A DNA stretch of 64,000 nucleotides from Methanobacteriota archaeon (GTDB lineage Archaea; Thermoplasmatota; Thermoplasmata; SG8-5; JAGLSY01), in NCBI GenBank assembly GCA_020696385.1, contig JAEHCQ010000005.1, forward strand, positions 8,311 through 72,310, in the 5' to 3' direction. The notes beneath the pieces are model-generated. The model was given only the letters and a program-made list of their open reading frames with translations. It made no database searches and was not told where the DNA came from. Positions 39,996 through 50,821 of the stretch are shown one piece after another; positions within the stretch are counted from its first letter, which is position 1; the number at the start of each line of letters is the position of its first letter. The translations under genes were made by a program, and so were the position numbers.

Positions 39996-41039
39996 ATGCC
40001 GAATACAATGGCCTCACTTGGCGCACTCAAAAGGAGCATGGCTCTCACCCTGATCATGATATTCGGACTTCTGTTCGTGTTCATCATGCTGATATTCGAA
40101 TTCATGATGTGGTACTACAATGGAACTATCAATATTATCGGCCAGCTTATTTTGATATTCTTCTTTGTCGGCATCTTCATGCTCATACAATGGGCGGTCT
40201 CCCCCGGTATAATAAGATGGGGGTCCAAACTTCAGTATCTAAAGCCCGGAGAATACCAGTGGCTGGAGCAGGAAGTTAGTCAATTGTCAAAACAGGCGGA
40301 TATCCCCATGCCGCGATTGGCCATCTCCCGAGACCCAACACCCAATGCCTTCGTGTTCGGAAGATCAAGAAAGAGTTCCACACTGACTGTCCACACCGGG
40401 CTATTGGAGAAGCTCAATCAGAACGAGATAAGAGGCGTTCTGGCGCATGAGATAGGACATCTGCGTCACAATGATGTCGTTGTCATGACGGTTGTAAGCG
40501 CAATACCCATGCTGGCCTGGATGCTGGCCCGAAGCTTCCTCTGGGGAGGAAGGCGCAACAGGGATGCTGGTGCGATCATCATAGTTGCCATTATCAGTTA
40601 TGTGGTCTACTTCATATCCCAATTACTTATATTGAAGCTGTCAAGACAGAGAGAGTTCTATGCTGATTCTTACTCGGCTGTCGCTACTGGTGATCCGCAC
40701 AGCCTCAGCTCGGCACTTGCCAAGATAACATTCGGACTATCACTATCAAATGAAAAGCCAGGGGCTGCCAGGGCCTTTTATATCGGGGATCCAGTTAGCG
40801 CGAAGAGGGAGATCGCCAGCATCATGCAGAATAAGAACAAGTACGATCTGGATGGAGATGGGGTTCTGGACGAAGGAGAGCTACAGAAGGCCATGGAGGA
40901 GCAGGCGAAGAGTGGGCGCGCCAGGATGGAGTTCATGTCCACCCATCCGTCCACATTCAAGAGGATACTGCTTCTCAAACAGATAGAAACTGACATTGGC
41001 CATGGTGGGGCCAATGCGAATATCTATGATCATATTTGA
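39996..41039 (+). CDS. htpX: M48 zinc metalloprotease HtpX
   Basis: PNAFVFG, LAHEIGH, LSRQREFYAD, STHP; EF-hand-like DLDGDGVLDEGE. Confidence 0.93.
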   Translation: MPNTMASLGALKRSMALTLIMIFGLLFVFIMLIFEFMMWYYNGTINIIGQLILIFFFVGIFMLIQWAVSPGIIRWGSKLQYLKPGEYQWLEQEVSQLSKQADIPMPRLAISRDPTPNAFVFGRSRKSSTLTVHTGLLEKLNQNEIRGVLAHEIGHLRHNDVVVMTVVSAIPMLAWMLARSFLWGGRRNRDAGAIIIVAIISYVVYFISQLLILKLSRQREFYADSYSAVATGDPHSLSSALAKITFGLSLSNEKPGAARAFYIGDPVSAKREIASIMQNKNKYDLDGDGVLDEGELQKAMEEQAKSGRARMEFMSTHPSTFKRILLLKQIETDIGHGGANANIYDHI

Positions 41040-41130
41040 TCTTTTATTGTTATACAAAACTCTGTACCAATTTCCTTATATAATTGAATTTACAATATAT
41101 TCATTTAATAACATTGTGGGAGATGAGTTC

Positions 41131-41496
41131 ATGTTGATCAAGATATATGCAAGAAGGATAAAGGTCTATACAGGCAGGAAGATGGAGCGCAGGGGAAAGT
41201 GGGAAAGATATGCCTGCCATGGTGGAATGTGGGCCGCAGAGGATGGATTCTTATTATACACAAATGATTTTGACATGATAAGCAGGAAGGCTATCTTGCT
41301 TATCAAAGAGCTGGCGGAAGAAAATGCACATATTGAGGATATTGAAATAAGAATAATGGACATAATGCAGAACAAGCCAGCTATCAACGCCCTGCTTGAT
41401 AATATCAAAACGATCCCCACGGTGAAGATCGGGAAGCACAAGCTGGAGGGTGTCCCCAAGAAAGAAGACCTCAGGAAGGCTTTTGGGAATAGCTGA
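41131..41496 (+). CDS. hypothetical protein, thioredoxin-like fold possible
   Basis: IKTIPTVKIG..LEGVP pattern; GGAGATGA RBS. Confidence 0.6.
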   Translation: MLIKIYARRIKVYTGRKMERRGKWERYACHGGMWAAEDGFLLYTNDFDMISRKAILLIKELAEENAHIEDIEIRIMDIMQNKPAINALLDNIKTIPTVKIGKHKLEGVPKKEDLRKAFGNS

Positions 41497-41560
41497 ACTA
41501 CCTACAAAATAAATTGTACATACAAATAGTTTAATATACACTTGTGTCTGGTCACTATCA

Positions 41561-42267
41561 ATGACATCGATCAAAGATAATGATATAGTATTGGCGATAG
41601 AGGATCTGAAGAAGGGTAAGCCAGTCTTCATCTATGATGCCGATGGGCGAGAGGAAGAGACTGACATCGTCATGGTATCTGAATTTATGAAACCAGATGA
41701 TATCATGCTGCTCAGAAAGGACGGTGGAGGGCTTATATGCTCCACCGTGACTGATGAGATAGCAGACAAGATGGGGCTTCCATTCATGGTGGATGTTCTC
41801 AGAGGAGCGAAGGCCGAGATGCCACTTCTGGAAAGAATGATACCAGACCATCTTCCTTATGATACAAAATCCGCTTTTTCACTGACCATAAATCACAAGG
41901 ATAATTATACTGGCATCACCGACAAGGACAGGTCTATGACCGCGTCCGAATTTGGAAAACTAGTAAAGCTTATAGGCGATGATGGTTTAGTTACAGGAAG
42001 CGGTGTGGATGAGTTCACCAGCAGGTTCAGAACTCCCGGACACTTGCATTTGCTGAGGGCGGCCAAAGGTCTTTTGGACAATAGAAAAGGCCACACGGAA
42101 TTGGCAACAGCTCTTTGTCTGATGGGAAAAATATCACCATCTGCCACCATCTGTGAGATGATGGGGAATGATGGAAATGCCCTTCAGCGACCAGATGCGA
42201 TGAAATATGCCCAGGACAGGGGCTTCATCTATCTGGATGGTAAACAGATAATAGAGGAATGGAAAAT

Positions 42268-42280
<13 letters not shown>
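41561..42280 (+). CDS. ribB: 3,4-dihydroxy-2-butanone-4-phosphate synthase
   Basis: DADGREEETD, RKDGGGLIC, TGITDKDR, FRTPGH, RKGHTE, ICEMM. Confidence 0.95.
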
Positions 42281-43223
<943 letters not shown>

Positions 43224-43317
43224 TGCAGCCAATATATGATAGTATAAATATAATTCACAATATTAAAATAATAATATTAAATTCAAAGAATAATAAAAAG
43301 TAAAGGAGGAGTAAAAA

Positions 43318-43719
43318 ATGAAAATAGGAATTGTGGTATCGGAATTCAATTACGACATAACCATGAGTATGCTGGAAAGGGCCAAGGCCCATGCGGATTT
43401 CCTTGGCGCGAAGGTCGGAGAGATCATCCACGTCCCAGGGGTCTATGATATGCCCCTGGCGGTCAAGAAATTGCTTGCAAAGAAGGATATCGATGGTGTA
43501 GCCGCTCTTGGAGCAGTCATCGAGGGCGAGACAGATCATGATGATGTCGTGATCAATCAGGCCAGCAGAAAGTTGACAGATTTGTCATTGGAATTTGACA
43601 AGCCTGTTGGCCTTGGAATAACTGGACCTGGCATGTCGAGGCTTCAAGCAGAGGCAAGGATAGAGAGAGCGAAGTCTGCTGTCGAATCCATTGTCAAGAT
43701 GCACAAAGCATTGAAATAA
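43318..43719 (+). CDS. ribH: 6,7-dimethyl-8-ribityllumazine synthase
   Basis: IVVSEFN, VPGVYDMP, LGAVIEGETDH, KPVGLG. Confidence 0.96.
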   Translation: MKIGIVVSEFNYDITMSMLERAKAHADFLGAKVGEIIHVPGVYDMPLAVKKLLAKKDIDGVAALGAVIEGETDHDDVVINQASRKLTDLSLEFDKPVGLGITGPGMSRLQAEARIERAKSAVESIVKMHKALK

Positions 43720-43730
43720 ACAATAGGAAA

Positions 43731-43762
43731 AAGCCAGCCATTTGAAAGGCTGGCTTGTTTTT
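43731..43762 (+). terminator. hairpin plus T-tract after ribH
   Basis: AAGCCAGCC..GGCTGGCTT-gttttt. Confidence 0.65.
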
Positions 43763-43897
43763 ATATTTGCTTAATTTATATTATTGTCTATATAATATTG
43801 GATATATTATATTGATTAAATATATCTGAATATATATTTAATTCAAATTAATATTAAGATAGCGATGTGGTCGAAAGCCAAATGCCCGATCCCTTAT

Positions 43898-44584
43898 CTA
43901 TTCCTGAATGACTTCGAATCCATCTTGATCGAATATCAGTGGGAAGTATCCCCTGGCATGGTTGGATTTTCTCATCTTCGCAACACCCAGGAACAGATTG
44001 ACATTATTATCATCCCTCTTGAGATCAAGGTGAATTATTCCATCACTAAGGAAGTCCTCATCCCGGTTCAGATCACCCTGTCTGCTATCTTCTGAAATAA
44101 TAAATACAGTAACACCCAGCTCTCTAAGCCAGCCGAAGAATCTGAATAATTCCGCACGCTTGTTCTTAACATCTGCCATGACCTCGATAGCAGGCAATGA
44201 ATCTGCAACCAAGATCTCATATTCCATGCTGGCCTGGATATTCTCCGCATACATCTTGAATATCCTCATCCAGCTCTGCCCTTCCTCGGATGTGTCCACA
44301 TTGGATTTCAAATATCCCATGTCCACTATATTGACCATGTTCTCCACAGCAATATGATCCATTCCAAGCTCGGCCATATGCTCAAGCAGTGAATCTCGTC
44401 CTTGCTCGAGGGACATGTATATCCCTTTCTTACCTTCCTTTAAAGCGTTTTGATAAAGTATATTGTAGCCTATGGATGATTTCATTGTTCCTGGCTTTCC
44501 AGCCAGTAAGACCACGTGGCCCTTTGGTATTCCACCATTCAATTGCTCGTCAAGTCCCTTTATATAAGTTTTCAAACGTTCCAT
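43898..44584 (-). CDS. KaiC/RAD55-like RecA-superfamily ATPase
   Basis: GLDEQLNGGIP, GKPGTMKS, YMSLEQ, LVADS, DGIIHL, KMR. Confidence 0.9.
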   Translation of the reverse strand: MERLKTYIKGLDEQLNGGIPKGHVVLLAGKPGTMKSSIGYNILYQNALKEGKKGIYMSLEQGRDSLLEHMAELGMDHIAVENMVNIVDMGYLKSNVDTSEEGQSWMRIFKMYAENIQASMEYEILVADSLPAIEVMADVKNKRAELFRFFGWLRELGVTVFIISEDSRQGDLNRDEDFLSDGIIHLDLKRDDNNVNLFLGVAKMRKSNHARGYFPLIFDQDGFEVIQE

Positions 44585-44763
44585 GGTATTATCCCCTACT
44601 GACGTGGTAAATATCTGTTTGTGTATAAATATTATCACCATCATTGACGATCTATTAGCGATATTGATGGATTTCAAAAACCATATTACTCAATAGATGA
44701 TCTTCATCGCACTCTACCGATTGCATAAATACTCCTTTTATATTCCCATTATGAGGTCGTGTA

Positions 44764-45876
44764 TTGGTTCCAGGCTCCAAAAAAAGGCTAATCACCATGT
44801 TATTGTTGATGGTGATCGTTTTCAGCATAGGTAATCTTATCTTCAATGTTGAGAGACTGGACATGGGCGACGAGATAATTCTAGATAACCCAGAAGCAGA
44901 GGGAGGGGGATCGTACATAGCCTCCAGCAGCACGATGGCCGAAACTGTCAGATACATGATGATAGGATTCATGGCCATCGGGATCATCATAACCATAGGC
45001 GGTATCGTCTATGGCACAGCCACCAAAGACAAGGAATTCATGAAATCCATCATGTATCCTCTGATAGGTGGTGGGTTGGCAATCCTGCTCATTGTTGGAA
45101 CATTCGCCTATCTGGAGATCGAGAAGAGTGAATACACCCAGAATGAGCTTCTGGAAGAAGGCTATACATCATCCAATAGCACAGGAGGCTCTGGAAATTA
45201 CACAGAGCCATCAAATGTGAAGCCAGACGGCATGGACATGGCAGTATCTGTTATGTTGGCCATAGGGGCTGTTGCGGGGATAGCTATTGCCATATTCGCC
45301 ATCAGCCAGATAACCCAACTCAGAACTGAATCTTTATCTGGAATAGATATGGAAGCAATGACCGAAGAAGTGGGGCAAACCATCCAGAAAGCGATGGACG
45401 ATATGACGAGTGGGACTGATGTCAGATCGTCCATAATGAGATGTTACAGTGATATGTGCAAGCTGGCGTCCAAGCATGGCATTTCCGATGAAGAGCATCT
45501 GACACCCCGTGAATTTGAATCAATGGTCGGCTCCAGGCTTCCCATAGAAGATGAGAAATTACATGATCTTATACTGATATTCGAGGAAGCCAGATACAGC
45601 GACCATGATCTGTCAGAAGAAATGCGTAATAAGGCCATTATCGCCCTTGGCAGCATAAAGGACGATCTTGTGATCGAGGAAGAAATAGATATAGAGACAG
45701 TAGATGAGATTGAGAAAGTGGATGACAAAAAGGTAGAGAAGGATAAGAACAAGAAAATAGAAACGGAGAAGAACAAGAGGATAGAGGGGGAGAAAGACAA
45801 GGAGAAAGAGAATGACGATGATCACGACACGCCCTCGGTCGTGATGATCCAGGTAGGTGATGATAATGGCAAATAA
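44764..45876 (+). CDS. DUF4129-domain membrane protein
   Basis: TMs then IMRCY..LTPREF..LILIFEEARYS. Confidence 0.85.
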   Translation: MVPGSKKRLITMLLLMVIVFSIGNLIFNVERLDMGDEIILDNPEAEGGGSYIASSSTMAETVRYMMIGFMAIGIIITIGGIVYGTATKDKEFMKSIMYPLIGGGLAILLIVGTFAYLEIEKSEYTQNELLEEGYTSSNSTGGSGNYTEPSNVKPDGMDMAVSVMLAIGAVAGIAIAIFAISQITQLRTESLSGIDMEAMTEEVGQTIQKAMDDMTSGTDVRSSIMRCYSDMCKLASKHGISDEEHLTPREFESMVGSRLPIEDEKLHDLILIFEEARYSDHDLSEEMRNKAIIALGSIKDDLVIEEEIDIETVDEIEKVDDKKVEKDKNKKIETEKNKRIEGEKDKEKENDDDHDTPSVVMIQVGDDNGK

Positions 45877-46561
45877 TAATGAAGCCGCTCTTGACAGATC
45901 ATCATATGTTTCCACACACGTGGAGATCACACCATCCGATACCTTGAAACTTGTTGAGGGAAAGCTGATAGGCGAGAGTTTGCTTGGGCCTACTGGCATT
46001 AGGGAATTGTTCATCAATGCCCTGGTTCTCGTGTTCTATCTGGTCCTGCTTTCTATTCCATTTGTTTCATTTGCCTTTGTCAGTGGGGGGATGAGGTGGA
46101 TAATTGTTGTCATGGTGGTGACAACAATCGCCCTCTACACTGTCTATGTTATGAACATGGGCATCCAGAAGAAGGCATGGAAAAAGACGATCATGGAAAA
46201 GAAATACTTCTCGGGTGATCTTTCACGAGCGAATGACATAATCACAAGGGGAGCTGGCGGATATAGCTACAGCCAGCAGTTGATGAGAGAGATGATGGCG
46301 GAAGCCATGATAGAGAAGATCAGACTGGGAAGAGGAATGACCACCAGAGAGATCGAGATGGCCATTGATGAGCCTGAAAGATTCAGGGATATCGTTGATG
46401 ATGAGATTATAGCGACCTTCATACTGGCCAATCAGAAAAAGGCAGAGGGATGGAGCGATAGGATCTCCCGAAAGAAGAGTGATCGGGAGAAGACCGAGAG
46501 CGGTCGTAAATTCATGTTAGAGATCAAAGATATATTAGAAAGAGTGGAGGACTGGGAGTGA
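45866..46561 (+). CDS. hypothetical membrane protein (MoxR cluster)
   Basis: Two TMs; overlaps both neighbours. Confidence 0.75.
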   Translation: MANNNEAALDRSSYVSTHVEITPSDTLKLVEGKLIGESLLGPTGIRELFINALVLVFYLVLLSIPFVSFAFVSGGMRWIIVVMVVTTIALYTVYVMNMGIQKKAWKKTIMEKKYFSGDLSRANDIITRGAGGYSYSQQLMREMMAEAMIEKIRLGRGMTTREIEMAIDEPERFRDIVDDEIIATFILANQKKAEGWSDRISRKKSDREKTESGRKFMLEIKDILERVEDWE

Positions 46562-47508
46562 ATATTAATGAACTGGCAGAAAAGTGCAATGGAATAAAGA
46601 CGGAGGTGGCCAAGGCCATCGTTGGAAAGGATGATGTCATCGATAAGGTGATACTGGCCACCCTGGCAAATGGCCACATACTATTCGAGGATTTTCCTGG
46701 ATTGGCAAAGACCCTATTGGCCAATACATTCTCAAGGGCATTGGGCTGTGGCTTCAGAAGAGTGCAGTTCACCCCGGATCTACTTCCTGCGGATATTACT
46801 GGATCATATATCCTGAACAGGCAGACCAATGAGTTCGAGCTGAGAAAAGGGCCGGTGTTCACGAACATACTGCTGGCGGATGAGATCAACAGAGCCCCAC
46901 CAAAGACTCAATCCGCTCTGTTAGAGGCAATGCAGGAGCGCCAGACGACTCTGGAAGGAGATACACACAAACTACCAGCTCCTTTCATCGTTATAGCCAC
47001 GCAGAACCCCATCGAGTACGAGGGAACATACCCGCTCCCTGAAGCTCAGATAGATCGATTCATAATGCGACTGGATATTGGCTATCCAACTCTCAAAGGG
47101 GAAGCCGAGATACTTAGAAGAAGGCGAACCAGGAAGAAAGAGGAAGTTGACATATTAGCTGTCAGCTCACCTCAGGAGATCATCTCGATGCAGGCGGCCA
47201 TCGAGGAAGTGCATGTTGAATCAGATATAGAGGAATACATAGCACAGATCGTGCAGAACACAAGAAAACACGGTCAGGTGGAGGTCGGAGCCAGTCCAAG
47301 AGGTTCACTGGCCCTTATGCAGTTGGCAATGGCACGTGCGGCCATGAATGGAAGAGACTATGTTCTTCCGGATGACATTAAGGGGATGTGTGTGCCGGCT
47401 TTGGCCCATAGAATAATCCTCAAGCCAGATCCATGGATAAAGGGCATCAAGACAGAGGTCATTGTTGACAAGGTCGTCTCTGATATTCCTGTCCCGAAGG
47501 TGAAATAA
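46558..47508 (+). CDS. moxR: MoxR family AAA+ ATPase
   Basis: GHILFEDFPGLAKT, RVQFTPDLLPADITG, LADEINRA, ATQNPIE, GASPRG. Confidence 0.95.
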   Translation: MNINELAEKCNGIKTEVAKAIVGKDDVIDKVILATLANGHILFEDFPGLAKTLLANTFSRALGCGFRRVQFTPDLLPADITGSYILNRQTNEFELRKGPVFTNILLADEINRAPPKTQSALLEAMQERQTTLEGDTHKLPAPFIVIATQNPIEYEGTYPLPEAQIDRFIMRLDIGYPTLKGEAEILRRRRTRKKEEVDILAVSSPQEIISMQAAIEEVHVESDIEEYIAQIVQNTRKHGQVEVGASPRGSLALMQLAMARAAMNGRDYVLPDDIKGMCVPALAHRIILKPDPWIKGIKTEVIVDKVVSDIPVPKVK

Positions 47509-47527
47509 CTGAGATGAGTGAATCTAA

Positions 47528-48799
47528 ATGAGATCGAGAAAAGGATTCTGGATAGTGGCTTCCGCCATAGCCTGTATAGTCATGGGTGTATGGCTTCGCA
47601 GTGGTAGCCTTATTGCCATATCCTTGCCCCTGATAATTTATCTGGTGGTATCGATCACGATGTTCAAGGACCCCAATTACTCGCTGAATATCAGCCGCTC
47701 GATAGATGAGAGCAGGGTGATGACGGGTGACAATATCCAAGTCACGCTTCATTTGAAGAACACCGGAGCAGCTATCCAGTGTTTGGAGATCGAGGATCTC
47801 ATCCCGCCTTATGTAAAGGTGTCCGAGGGAAGCAATAAGGCCATTCTGACACTGAAGGAACTCGAGGAATATGATCTCGAGTATCAGATAGTCTGCCCAT
47901 ACAGAGGAAGGTTTGAGTTCAAGGGTGTGTGGATCAGAGCAAAGGATTTCATGGACTTCTACACACAACAGATGGAGATCAAGCTTCTGACAACGATCTC
48001 TGTCACATCCGAGATAGAATCCTCCAAGGGACTGAAGATCGCACCCAGAAAGACCAGGAACTGGATCGGCATGATCAAGGCTCGCAGAGTGGGTGTGGGT
48101 ACCGAGTTCTATGGAATTCGGGAATACATTGCTGGAGACGAGCTCAGAAAGATCAATTGGAAAGCATCTGCCAAACGCGACGTGTTAATGACAAATGAAT
48201 TCGAGAGCGAGTGCAGTGGTGATGTCACCATCATGCTCGATGCCAGAACAGAAACGAATGTTGGCAATACAGACAAGAACACGGTGGAACATGGAGTGAG
48301 AGCCGCCTCCACGATAGCCTCTCACATACTCATGGACAAGAACCGTGTTGGACTTATTGTATTGAGGGACATAATCGACGAGGTATATCCTGCCTTTGGG
48401 AAGAGGCAGTATTATCGCATCTCTGAAAAGCTGATGGATGTCCAGCCAGGAGGGAGCATGCCCTTTGATGATGCTCGCTGGATGGTGACCCGGCATTTCC
48501 CACTTGAATCACAGATAATCGTCATAAGCCCGCTTGTGGATTACAAGATCGTGCAGAGCATCGCGGATCTCTGTGCCAGAGGGTATGACGTAGTAGTTGT
48601 CTCGCCATCTCCGATCAAGGTCGAGGGGCAGATAATCGAGGCCTCGAATGAGTTGGAAATGGCCAAGAACCTGAAGAGATTGGAAAGAGACAATCTCATT
48701 TCAGAACTATATCGATATGCCAGGGTGGTGGATTGGGATCCATCAGAGCCACTGGCAAAAGCATTGAAGGGGGTGGAAAGATTAAGAGCGAGGTTCTAG
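47528..48799 (+). CDS. DUF58 (vWA-like) protein
   Basis: EFYGIREYIAGDELRKINWKASA; follows moxR. Confidence 0.92.
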   Translation: MRSRKGFWIVASAIACIVMGVWLRSGSLIAISLPLIIYLVVSITMFKDPNYSLNISRSIDESRVMTGDNIQVTLHLKNTGAAIQCLEIEDLIPPYVKVSEGSNKAILTLKELEEYDLEYQIVCPYRGRFEFKGVWIRAKDFMDFYTQQMEIKLLTTISVTSEIESSKGLKIAPRKTRNWIGMIKARRVGVGTEFYGIREYIAGDELRKINWKASAKRDVLMTNEFESECSGDVTIMLDARTETNVGNTDKNTVEHGVRAASTIASHILMDKNRVGLIVLRDIIDEVYPAFGKRQYYRISEKLMDVQPGGSMPFDDARWMVTRHFPLESQIIVISPLVDYKIVQSIADLCARGYDVVVVSPSPIKVEGQIIEASNELEMAKNLKRLERDNLISELYRYARVVDWDPSEPLAKALKGVERLRARF

Positions 48800-49461
48800 A
48801 GGAACAGACAGACTATGAAACTGAAATATCTGTTGATGGATATTCCACCCTCGGAACAAATGGACATGCCAAGCCAGGTATCAATCCCATGGCCATCATT
48901 TCCCTTTCCATACTTATTTGCCTGTCAATGTGGCATCTTCTGCAAACATATGAAGCAGGAGCGGATATGAATGATCATATTACCGCAATAGCATTGAGCA
49001 TTATCATTGGTGTGACTGGCCTTTTCATAAATGTTCCAGGAAAAGGAGAGTTGAGAGATTACCTGACAAACAAGCTGGAGCGCAATCGCCATCTATTGTT
49101 GGGCATCTCCTGTGTCATAATGGGAGGCATTCATTTCATGACATTCGCAAAGGCGACTGACATCGTGCCCATGTTCGGCTTCATGGTCATGCTGATCGCC
49201 TATTATGACCTGGGATCATTGGCCATCCGTACCGCGCCTTATTTGATCCTGAATGATACGAATGATAGCACCAGGCGGTTCATAAGATACTCGGGAGGCA
49301 AGATACTTGTAGCCCTCGGGATCACCTTCCTCATGTCCACATTCATGCTGTTCATATCCCTCATGGGCATAATTGGATTTACAGGGGTCTGGACTGTTCT
49401 TATTCTGGCAGCCATGCTAATGGGATCACTTGGCATGATAGTCCGGTCTGGCAATGTGTGA
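48733..49461 (+). CDS. hypothetical membrane protein
   Basis: About six TMs; start uncertain. Confidence 0.7.
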   Translation: MGSIRATGKSIEGGGKIKSEVLEEQTDYETEISVDGYSTLGTNGHAKPGINPMAIISLSILICLSMWHLLQTYEAGADMNDHITAIALSIIIGVTGLFINVPGKGELRDYLTNKLERNRHLLLGISCVIMGGIHFMTFAKATDIVPMFGFMVMLIAYYDLGSLAIRTAPYLILNDTNDSTRRFIRYSGGKILVALGITFLMSTFMLFISLMGIIGFTGVWTVLILAAMLMGSLGMIVRSGNV

Positions 49462-49540
49462 ATTCGGTAAACACAATAGTTTTCGGTAAGCCGAAATTTA
49501 TATATACACAATTATCATTAGGTAAATTGCAGGTGAGAAT

Positions 49541-50329
49541 TTGGAAAGCGTGACATTCGCATTATTACTGACCACCATAGCGGGTCTATCCACTGGATTG
49601 GGCGGAGCAGTCGTACTGCTACAGAAAAAGCCCAATAAAACCCTCCTCACCTTTTCCCTGGGGCTTTCAGCCGGGGTCATGGTATATGTTTCTTTCATGG
49701 AGCTTTTACCCGATGCGATCGAGGGCATTGGAGAGGTTGCTGGCATACTGGCCTTCTTCGTCGGAGTTATGTTCATAGCTCTGATCGATGCCCTTCTACC
49801 GAAACAGCTGAATCCTCATCATTTCAGCAGGATCACTGGCAGAAAATGTGAAAAGAAAAAGAAGAGAAGTGAAGCAGAATGCCGCCTAATGAGGGTGGGC
49901 ACCTTCACAGCAATTGCCATAACGATCCATAATTTCCCAGAGGGAATAGCGACCTTTAGCGCGAGCCTGACGGACATCAGACTTGGGATGGTCATTGCCA
50001 TCGCGATAGCCTTACATAATATTCCAGAGGGCATCTCGGTAGCCGCCCCCATATTCGCAGCCACAGGTGATAAGATCAAGGCCTTCAAGTACGCCTTTCT
50101 ATCTGGAATAGCAGAGCCCATTGGTGGTATATTCAGTTTTATCGTGCTCTACAATTTCATGTCTGATTCCCTTTTGGCAGGATTACTGGCCTTTGTGGCT
50201 GGAATAATGATCTACATATCTCTTGATGAGATATTACCCACAGCCCATAGCTATGGCAAGAGCCATGTTGTGCTGGCAGGTGTTATGCTGGGTATGTTCA
50301 TAATGGCAATGAGCTTACTTATGTTGTGA
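49541..50329 (+). CDS. zupT: ZIP family metal transporter
   Basis: SAGVMVYVSF, IHNFPEG, ALHNIPEG, SGIAEP. Confidence 0.93.
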   Translation: MESVTFALLLTTIAGLSTGLGGAVVLLQKKPNKTLLTFSLGLSAGVMVYVSFMELLPDAIEGIGEVAGILAFFVGVMFIALIDALLPKQLNPHHFSRITGRKCEKKKKRSEAECRLMRVGTFTAIAITIHNFPEGIATFSASLTDIRLGMVIAIAIALHNIPEGISVAAPIFAATGDKIKAFKYAFLSGIAEPIGGIFSFIVLYNFMSDSLLAGLLAFVAGIMIYISLDEILPTAHSYGKSHVVLAGVMLGMFIMAMSLLML

Positions 50330-50423
50330 ACTGCCAGATATCCTGAAAATTTCCATAGATATTATGCACAAATCTAAACCAAGCTTTTATTATGGGTATT
50401 GCATTCTCGATAAAATTACCAAA

Positions 50424-50498
50424 GGGCGCGTAGCCTAGCCAGGATATGGCGCTAGCCTTCTAAGCTAGAAGCCAGGGGTTCGAATCCCCTCGCGTCCG
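50424..50498 (+). tRNA. tRNA-Arg(TCT)
   Basis: Acceptor GGGCGCG/CGCGTCC-G, anticodon arm CTAGC-CTTCTAA-GCTAG, T-arm AGGGGTTCGAATCCCCT. Confidence 0.96.
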
Positions 50499-50503
50499 CT
50501 CTT

Positions 50504-50725
50504 TTATTTTTTTAAGATGCGACTTTATCATTTGATCCCACGCATCTTTTTTATCAAACAAATTTGTAAAAGATTCAGGTAATGAGTTTGATTCGATATG
50601 TTTAGAGGACGCGAGGTGGATGAGAACGGAGTTCGACGAGATTTTTCTGAATATAATGAAGAAAAAGCGAGCAAGACCTGGATGCTGAAAGCAGACAGGT
50701 TGCTGATCCCCTCGCGTCCGCTCTT
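50504..50725 (+). repeat. tRNA-anchored structured element ending in a 20-bp duplicate of the tRNA-Arg 3' end
   Basis: ATCCCCTCGCGTCCGCTCTT at 50484-50503 and 50706-50725; inverted copy GGACGCGAGGTGGAT at 50607-50621. Confidence 0.88.
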
Positions 50726-50821
50726 ATTTTATTATCTTAATAAATGCGAAGTGTTGTAAACAAAACACTTATCTATTCTCTTTTGATTACTATACTATAG
50801 TTAATCCAGGGATGGACCTTA

